Positions 21,576-32,000 of a DNA stretch of 32,000 nt are shown here, piece by piece. Positions within the stretch are counted from its first letter, which is position 1, and the number at the start of each line of letters is the position of its first letter. Location of the stretch: NCBI RefSeq assembly GCF_900177275.1, contig NZ_FXAG01000009.1, forward strand, positions 36,984 through 68,983. The letters are read 5' to 3'. The notes under the pieces were generated by a model that saw only the letters and a list, made by a program, of their open reading frames with translations, was not told where the DNA came from and searched no databases. Made by a program: the position numbers and the translations under genes. Source of the stretch: Pseudogulbenkiania subflava DSM 22618. Its GTDB lineage: Bacteria > Pseudomonadota > Gammaproteobacteria > Burkholderiales > Chromobacteriaceae.

Positions 21576-23543
21576 CTAGTGGATGTCCGGTGCGTTCGGC
21601 TTGCTGTCCAGAACCGGCTTGAGCACGGCTGGATCCGGATGATCGCGATGCAGGTTGTCAGGGTAGTAACCGACATGGCGTGCCCCCCAACCATACAGCG
21701 TTCGGATGGTGTCCGCCATTTCCTGGCTCGGCACCGGTTTGTTGCTACGCCAGTCGATGGCCTGCAGTTCGAATACCACCTTGTCCATGGCGTCCGGATG
21801 CTCCTTCACTTTATCGACTATTTCGTGCAGGAAAGCCATCGGATCGGCGGCGTTTTCCATGTACGGCATGGCCATGATGGCAGTGAAGTCGTAGTTGGCG
21901 AGCGAGTTGTCGAGCGATTGCGAGTACCACACTTCGGAGCGCGGATTGAGCGCCACGGTGGCGTAAAGGTTACGAGCCGTCTTCAGGCCCGGCTGCTCCT
22001 GGCGTACCACGTCGGCCAGTTCCATGGCGAAATTGTCGAGCGTGTTGATCTTGAGGATGGTCCAGCGCCCCAGCAGATCGTCATTGCTGCGGATTTCTTC
22101 CAGCGAGGTCGGCAAGCCCCATTCCTTATAGGTTTTTAGGGCCATCGGGCTGGCGTCTTCATAATCGGACAGCGTGACGTCGTCGTGGAACAGCAAGCCC
22201 TCGAACGGCGTGGAGCGGGCGAGGTCCTGGTAGAGGTCACGGATCACCTGGCGCACGCGCGGCGAGAACGGCGACAGGCGCGGATAGCCCATGGTGAGGT
22301 GGTTGGCCTTGTTGGGAAGCGTGACGACCTTGTCGCTCGCTGCCGGTTCGTTCTTCGGCAGTTCGAAAGCCAGCATCGGCATCCAGGCGTACAGGCGCTT
22401 GACCGGGGTGCGGGTGCGAATCTGCCAGGCCACGCGGTTGAACAGGTCGGCGCGCATCGGCAGGTGGCGGTTCGGGAAGTACACTGCATCGGCAGCGCCG
22501 TTGCCGTCCGGGTCGGCGTAGGCTTGCAGGTAGACAGTATTTACGCCCATGGCGACGATGCGATCGAGCAAGCGGCCCAGGTTGTGCTCCTGTTGCGCCG
22601 GATCCGGGTCGTAGATGTAGTCCAGATCGACGTGCATGATCTTGCCTGGACGATCGTTGTCGGAGATGTTGGCTTCGCGGATGGCGAGTTCCTTGCGGAA
22701 TGCGTCGAGCGTGATATTGCCCTCGATCAGGACGCGGCGCAGTGCGTGAAGCGGGGTTTGCTCGTTGTTGGCTCCGTCGTCCAGTGTCATGCCGATTGGC
22801 ATGCCGAGCTGGTGCGCCACGTCGCTCGACGTGCTGTTGTAGCGGCCGTACGGCCAGATCATGATGCGCGGCGCCTTGCCGGTGTGCTTGCGCAGCAGAT
22901 CGCTATTGCGCTTCAGGTCGGCGTAGATGCGTTTGCGGTAGCTGGCTTCGTCCTCGTAGCGCTTGAGCTCGGGCAGGTAGCGGCGTGCTGTGGCCGCCGG
23001 CTGCATATTGCCTTGCGGGTTGGCCAGGATGCCCTCGTGCATGTTGTAGGTGTGATTGGCGATTTCCACCAGGCCACTTTGCGTCATGGCGCGCACGTCG
23101 TCCCACATCAGCATGACGTTGCGCGGAACGGGCTTGCCTTCGAATCGCACGGTACCGTTGGTGTCGAGCCAGTTGCCGATGAGCGCGACCACCGCCGGTG
23201 CCTTGAACATCTTCAGAACCGGGAAGGCATTGGCGTACATCGAGCGGTAGCCGTCGTCGAAGGTCAGCAGTACGGCTTTTTCCGGCAGCGGCTTCTTGCC
23301 GCTGCGATCGGCCAGCACGTCGTCCATGCTGACGAAGTGGTAGCCATTGTTCTTCAGCCAGTCCATCTGGCGCACGAAATTGGTCGGCGAGACGGCAAAG
23401 GCCGGCTCGAGAGCATCACTCTTGTCGGCGATTTCGTGATAGGTAAGGATAGTCAGCTTGTTGTCCGGCGTAGCGGCCAGACCAACGCTGCTGAGCAAGC
23501 ACAGCAAGAATCCCCACAGCAAGGGCATCAGTCGAGTGGTCAT
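21576..23543 (-). CDS. pgaB: PNAG N-deacetylase / export protein PgaB
   Basis: Collinear with E. coli PgaB: LTFDDGY, MHVDLDYIYD, TVYLQAYADPDGNG, YAWMPMLAF, LLFHDDVTLSDYEDAS, TARNLYA, AIMAMPYME, VGYYPDN. It has an N-terminal signal peptide. Confidence 0.92.
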   Translation of the reverse strand: MTTRLMPLLWGFLLCLLSSVGLAATPDNKLTILTYHEIADKSDALEPAFAVSPTNFVRQMDWLKNNGYHFVSMDDVLADRSGKKPLPEKAVLLTFDDGYRSMYANAFPVLKMFKAPAVVALIGNWLDTNGTVRFEGKPVPRNVMLMWDDVRAMTQSGLVEIANHTYNMHEGILANPQGNMQPAATARRYLPELKRYEDEASYRKRIYADLKRNSDLLRKHTGKAPRIMIWPYGRYNSTSSDVAHQLGMPIGMTLDDGANNEQTPLHALRRVLIEGNITLDAFRKELAIREANISDNDRPGKIMHVDLDYIYDPDPAQQEHNLGRLLDRIVAMGVNTVYLQAYADPDGNGAADAVYFPNRHLPMRADLFNRVAWQIRTRTPVKRLYAWMPMLAFELPKNEPAASDKVVTLPNKANHLTMGYPRLSPFSPRVRQVIRDLYQDLARSTPFEGLLFHDDVTLSDYEDASPMALKTYKEWGLPTSLEEIRSNDDLLGRWTILKINTLDNFAMELADVVRQEQPGLKTARNLYATVALNPRSEVWYSQSLDNSLANYDFTAIMAMPYMENAADPMAFLHEIVDKVKEHPDAMDKVVFELQAIDWRSNKPVPSQEMADTIRTLYGWGARHVGYYPDNLHRDHPDPAVLKPVLDSKPNAPDIH

Positions 23544-23806
23544 CAGTCGTTTTTATATGTCGGTTTAAGTCGGGTCAGCGTAAACGGTGCCGCTAAACTC
23601 TGTGCCGGAGGCGACAGGGGCCCGGCGGGAGTCCCGGGAGGCGCGTCATTCTATCAGGAGTGGGCGTGATTGCGAGCGGGAAAATGAGTTTATGTGCAGT
23701 GCAAAAGAGGCGCTGTGGCGGAAAGGGGACGCGCTGGTTTCGTTAAGCTTGCCGTAATCTGTCTGTGTGACGAGGTGGATTGGCAAGCAATTGAATTAAA
23801 AGGGAT

Positions 23807-23829
23807 AAAGCGGGGTCTTGCCCCGCTTT
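23807..23829 (-). terminator. Rho-independent terminator of glnB
   Basis: On the minus strand, aaagcgggg-caaga-ccccgcttt is followed by atcccttttaa, beginning 9 nt after the glnB stop. Confidence 0.7.
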
Positions 23830-23837
23830 CGCTGAGC

Positions 23838-28275
<4,438 letters not shown>

Positions 28276-28298
28276 GCCTTTCCTCGCTGGCAATAAAG

Positions 28299-28325
28299 AA
28301 CGGACGCTTCGGCGTCCGTTTTTTT
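28299..28325 (+). terminator. Rho-independent terminator of purL
   Basis: aacggacgc-ttcg-gcgtccgtt followed by TTTTT (to 28325), 24 nt after the purL stop. Confidence 0.85.
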
Positions 28326-28345
28326 ATGCGCGGATTGGGCAGGGG

Positions 28346-28455
28346 GTAGGGCGGAACCGGCAGGGCCGGGTTCCGCCGCTTCCGGCTTGCAGTGGCCTGG
28401 CTTAATGGCTGGGCTTGTGGCGGAACGCCCCGGCTTGCCCAGGCTTCCGCCCTAC
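28346..28455. repeat. two REP-like family B copies between purL and the LysR gene
   Basis: The first copy is gtagggcggaacc...ggttccgcc (28346-28377; hairpin 28350-28358 with 28369-28377). The second is ggcggaacgcccc...cttccgccctac (28419-28455). The latter shares 13-nt and 12-nt arms exactly with 13700-13732, and its CCCTAC end contains the stop codon of the LysR gene. Confidence 0.75.
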
Positions 28456-29363
28456 GTGGGGAGGTTGTCCGGGCGCTGGCGCAGAACGCGCCGGCCCTGT
28501 TCGATGATGGTGGCGGTCAGTTGCCGCGCCAGTGCGACTTCCATTTGCCAGTGGTGCCAGTAGAGCGGCACGTCGAGGTGCCTGCCGGGTGCCAGATCGA
28601 TCAGCCGTCCGTCGTCCAGTGCCGCCTCTGCCATGCCTTCCGGAATCAGGCCGTAGGCGATGCCGGCCAGCGTGTAATCGAGAAAGCCTTGCACCGAAGG
28701 AAGGGTGAGCGCCGGGAAGTCGAGGGTAAACGCCAGTTGCTGCTGCAGGAATGCCTGGTGCAGGCTGTCCTTGCGGTCGAACAGCAGCGCCGGCGCCGCA
28801 CTCAACGCGGCGTGGCTGACACCGTCGGCAAAATAGCGCTCGACGAAGTGCGGCGCCGCCAGGCAGAGGTAGCGCATCGACCCCAGATAATGGCTTTCTC
28901 CGCCCTGAATGGTCTGGCTGCGGCTGCTGACGCAGCCGCTGACGTGGCCGCCGCGCAGCAGCTCGTGGGTGTGCTCCTGATCGTCGACGCGGATGTCGAG
29001 CAGAAGACGCGTCGCTTCCAGTGCCGGTCGTGCCGCGTCGAGAAACCAGGTGGCGAGGCTGTCGGCGTTCACCGCCACCGCCAGCGTCGAGAAGCCGGCA
29101 TGGCCGTCGCCTGCCTGCAACGTTTCCATCAGCTCGGCTTCCATCAGCGTGAGCTGGCGGAAGTGCTGGATCAGGTGGCGTCCGTGCGGCGTGGCATCGA
29201 CTGGCGTGGTGCGTGTCACCACCGGCTGGCCCAGGCGCTCTTCCAGTTGCTTGATGCGTTGGGACACGGCCGACTGGGTCAGGAACAGCGCCTTGGCGGC
29301 TTTATCGAAGCCGCCGTTTTCGACGACGGCAGCGAGGGCCTGCAGCAGCTTGGGGTCGAGCAT
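28452..29363 (-). CDS. argP: LysR-family transcriptional regulator, ArgP/IciA-like
   Basis: Collinear with E. coli ArgP: LQALAAVVENGGFDKAAKALFLTQSAVSQRIKQLEERLGQPVV, LAVAVNADSLATWFL, LHQAFLQQ, LIDLAPG...LYWHHW. Confidence 0.75.
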   Translation of the reverse strand: MLDPKLLQALAAVVENGGFDKAAKALFLTQSAVSQRIKQLEERLGQPVVTRTTPVDATPHGRHLIQHFRQLTLMEAELMETLQAGDGHAGFSTLAVAVNADSLATWFLDAARPALEATRLLLDIRVDDQEHTHELLRGGHVSGCVSSRSQTIQGGESHYLGSMRYLCLAAPHFVERYFADGVSHAALSAAPALLFDRKDSLHQAFLQQQLAFTLDFPALTLPSVQGFLDYTLAGIAYGLIPEGMAEAALDDGRLIDLAPGRHLDVPLYWHHWQMEVALARQLTATIIEQGRRVLRQRPDNLPT

Positions 29364-29534
29364 GTGTCGTGTGTCCGGTGGCCTGGCGGGTGCCGGGCAA
29401 AGTTATGTTAATGGTAGGGTCTTGGCAAATCTGCTAGGCTCTAGCCCACACGGCAAAGACCGTGGCGAACTCATGAAAAAAGCATAATAAGATATACGAC
29501 CTGCTTCGGCCAAGGTTGGGAGACAGGGGAGACT

Positions 29535-31913
29535 ATGCAGACAAGCCATGGCGACGAGCCATTGCATTCACTCAGCCGATTGCTTGGCTTTCGAGAGGAA
29601 GACGGCGAGACCTTACGACGTCATCAAGACAAGCTGTTGCTGGGCCGCGAGGTACTGGGTAAGGAGTTTTACTGGTACCTGCTGAAGAATCCGGAAACGT
29701 CGGCCTTGTTGCCTGCCATGAGCGGTGAGGGGCTGGACCGTCTGATCAGCCAGCAGATGGATTACTTCGAGGGCGTGGTGTCGCAGCCGCTGAGCGCAGT
29801 GCAGGCGGAGAAGGTGATCGCGCTGGGCCAGATGCACCACCGTATCGGCGTCAGCATGGTATGGGTGGCGGGGGCGTACGAGCGTTATCTGTCGCACATG
29901 CTGAGCCGACTCAACGACGCGCACTACCCAGACGAGGTGCGGCGGCCACTGACCCGGGCTATCCGCAAGCGCATCCTGCTCGACATGCTGCTGCAGCTGC
30001 AGGGTTTTCAGCAGTCGATTTCGGCCGAAACCCAACTGCAGCACCGCCACATGCTCGACATGTCTCGCATGTACGCCACCTTGAGCGGGGTGAGCCTGGC
30101 CTTGATCCACTCGCGTAGCCGCGACGAACTGTTTCACGCCATTTGCTCCACCTGCGTGGAAAAAGGCGGGGCGACCTACGCCGGCATCAGCTGGATCGAT
30201 ACCGCCACCAACCACCTCGAATACAAGGTCTTCGCCGGACCGGAATCCACCGATTTCATCCATCAGTTGTCACGGGCGTTATCGCTCGACCCGTCCAACC
30301 CCTACAGTAGGGGTCCGACCGGTCAGGCGGTGCTCACCATGACGCCACAAGTGGTCAACTGCTGCGAGGCCGAGCCGATGATGGCTCCCTGGCGCGCCTT
30401 GTTCGAGCGTGAAGGCATCAAAAGCCTGCTGGCGGTGCCGCTGTTCATGGAAGGCAAGGTGGTCGGGACGCTGACGCTGCATTCGCGGCTGGCGGATTTT
30501 TTCGATCTCGACAAGGTGGCGCTGGTACAGACCATGGCGAGCGAGATCGGCCACGCGCTGGAGCGCCTGGATGCGCTCGATCGCAGCTCGCGCGCCGAGG
30601 CGCAGATTCGTTATCTGTCGGACCACGACCCTCTGACAGGCCTGCCCAACCGCCAGAACATGCAGGCGTTGATACAGGGGCGCATCGAGCAGGGGGAGGG
30701 TGCTGAACCGGTGGTGGTGATTGCCTTGGCCATCGACAGCTTCCACCAGATCAACGCCCGTCTGGGGCATGAAGGCGGCGACCTGGTGCTGTGCGAGGCG
30801 GCCCGGCGCATCGAGCAGTGCCTGGGCGATACCGGGCGCGTCGGCCGTGTCGGTGCCGCGCGTTTTGTCATCACCAGCGGCTTCAACGACCGGCTGGAGA
30901 GCCTGCTGGATCGTCTGCTGCAGGTGATGCGAGAGCCGGCAGAGTGCCTTGGCCAGTGGGTCGACGTGCGTTCCAGCTGCGGGGTGGTGGTGAGTCATGC
31001 CGACAGCGATGCGGCGACGCTGCTGCGGCGTGCCGAGGTTGCGCTGGCCCGCGCCAAGGAGTCCGGGGGCAACCAGTACCGCCACTACGACCAGCGCATG
31101 GACGAGGAAATCCAGCGCATCCACAGCCTTCGCGCCGCGTTTGCCGAGGCCCTGGCGAACAATGCACTGGAGCTGTTTTATCAGCCCAAGATCGATCTGC
31201 GCAGCGAGGTATTGCAAGGGGTGGAGGCGCTGGTGCGCTGGAAGCGGCAGGATCAGTTCGTGTCGCCCGGCGAGTTCTTTCCGGCGATCGAGCACACCGA
31301 CCTCATGCGCGAGCTGGATTGGTGGGTGCTGCGTCAGAGCCTGAAGCAGATTACCGCCTGGAAGGCGCGTGGCCACGTCATCAAGGTCAGCGTCAACCTG
31401 TCCGCGATGACGTTGAAGCAGGAGGGCTTCCTGCCCGGCATTGAGCTGCTGCTGGCGAGCTTCCCCGACGCTGCCGGCCTGCTCGAACTGGAAGTGCTGG
31501 AGAGCGTGTCGCAAAAAGAAGCGGAGCAGGTGGTGCACAAGCTGGAGCGCTGCCGCCGGCTCGGCATCTCGATAGCGCTGGATGACTTCGGCACTGGAGC
31601 GTCCTCGTTGGTGCACCTGCAGCAGTTGCCGTTCGACACCATCAAGATGGATCAGAGCTTTGTGCGGGTGCTGCTGGAGGCGCCGGGCAACGAGGCGATC
31701 ATCCACAGCATGGTGGCCTTCGCCCGCTACACGGGACGTCAGCTGGTGGTGGAGGGGGTGGAGAGCAAGGCCATCTGGCTGCGGCTGCTGGAACTGGGGT
31801 GTACCGTGGGTCAGGGCTACGCGATTTCCCGGCCGGTACCGGCGGAGGTGCTGATCGAATGGGCCTTGCGACAGCAGGCTGGTGCGAATATTAATATTTC
31901 TTATACATCATAA
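29535..31913 (+). CDS. globin-coupled sensor protein: sensor globin - GAF - degenerate GGDEF - EAL (putative heme-regulated c-di-GMP phosphodiesterase)
   Basis: N-terminus: EFYWYLLKNPETSALL...LGQMHHRIGVSMVWVAGAYERY, a sensor-globin pattern with a proximal His. GAF: SLLAVPLFMEGKVVGTLTLHS. GGDEF domain: DPLTGLPNR...FHQINARLGHEGGDLVL, but the signature is GAARF (RVGAARFVI) instead of GGDEF. EAL domain is intact: QGVEALVRW, VNLS, ELEVLES, LDDFGTG, KMDQSF, EGVES, QGY. GGGGAG SD lies upstream. Confidence 0.85.
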   Translation: MQTSHGDEPLHSLSRLLGFREEDGETLRRHQDKLLLGREVLGKEFYWYLLKNPETSALLPAMSGEGLDRLISQQMDYFEGVVSQPLSAVQAEKVIALGQMHHRIGVSMVWVAGAYERYLSHMLSRLNDAHYPDEVRRPLTRAIRKRILLDMLLQLQGFQQSISAETQLQHRHMLDMSRMYATLSGVSLALIHSRSRDELFHAICSTCVEKGGATYAGISWIDTATNHLEYKVFAGPESTDFIHQLSRALSLDPSNPYSRGPTGQAVLTMTPQVVNCCEAEPMMAPWRALFEREGIKSLLAVPLFMEGKVVGTLTLHSRLADFFDLDKVALVQTMASEIGHALERLDALDRSSRAEAQIRYLSDHDPLTGLPNRQNMQALIQGRIEQGEGAEPVVVIALAIDSFHQINARLGHEGGDLVLCEAARRIEQCLGDTGRVGRVGAARFVITSGFNDRLESLLDRLLQVMREPAECLGQWVDVRSSCGVVVSHADSDAATLLRRAEVALARAKESGGNQYRHYDQRMDEEIQRIHSLRAAFAEALANNALELFYQPKIDLRSEVLQGVEALVRWKRQDQFVSPGEFFPAIEHTDLMRELDWWVLRQSLKQITAWKARGHVIKVSVNLSAMTLKQEGFLPGIELLLASFPDAAGLLELEVLESVSQKEAEQVVHKLERCRRLGISIALDDFGTGASSLVHLQQLPFDTIKMDQSFVRVLLEAPGNEAIIHSMVAFARYTGRQLVVEGVESKAIWLRLLELGCTVGQGYAISRPVPAEVLIEWALRQQAGANINISYTS

Positions 31914-32000
31914 TATTTAGTAGTTTTATTTATTTTTGGCGCGGGGCTAAGCTGTCGGCAACATTCGAATTCCGGAGCTTGCCATGTTCAACACACAGGT

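Noticed and set aside
23544-23806. A CsrA-type GGA-rich leader upstream of pgaB, by analogy with the E. coli pgaA leader.
   Set aside because: The GGA-rich appearance is on the plus strand, whereas the pgaB transcript is minus-strand. There I see at most one GGA in a plausible loop context, which is not enough to claim regulation.
31984-32000. A possible start of a further gene (ATGTTCAACACACAG preceded by GGAG) at the window's right edge.
   Set aside because: Only 17 nt are visible, which is too little to support a call.

Overview
The window looks like a GC-rich proteobacterial chromosome; gene content and order resemble a beta-proteobacterium, which is inference only. It splits into two parts.

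**Accessory island (nt 1 to about 11,100).** This mosaic region abuts the 3' end of nrdB, and its left border lies outside the window. It contains:
- a 5'-truncated SF1 helicase fused to a DUF559-like nuclease fold, translationally coupled to a 451-aa helical protein;
- a strongly AT-rich block (about 5.2-8.8 kb) carrying an AbiJ/Abi_C-like HEPN gene, a three-gene micro-operon ending in a minimal HNH nuclease, and a convergent 413-aa orphan with an HExxH motif;
- a roughly 310-bp GC-rich element bounded by inverted repeats;
- a translationally coupled pair, a TauD/TfdA-like Fe(II)/2OG dioxygenase plus a HEPN (RNAELH)-zinc-ribbon protein.

I consider the dioxygenase-HEPN pair the best candidate for an undescribed conflict or defence module. 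The helicase-nuclease pair is second.

**Core genes (nt about 11,181 to 32,000).** In order: nrdB, a lipoprotein gene, a small lower-GC orphan, nrdA with candidate tandem NrdR boxes, pgeF, rluD, bamD, pgaDCB (no pgaA), glnB, purL, an ArgP-like LysR regulator, and a globin-GAF-degenerate GGDEF-EAL sensor. These are interspersed with REP-like hairpin families and clear Rho-independent terminators.

I saw no rRNA, tRNA, CRISPR array or integrase. All homology calls come from motif recognition by eye, not from searches.
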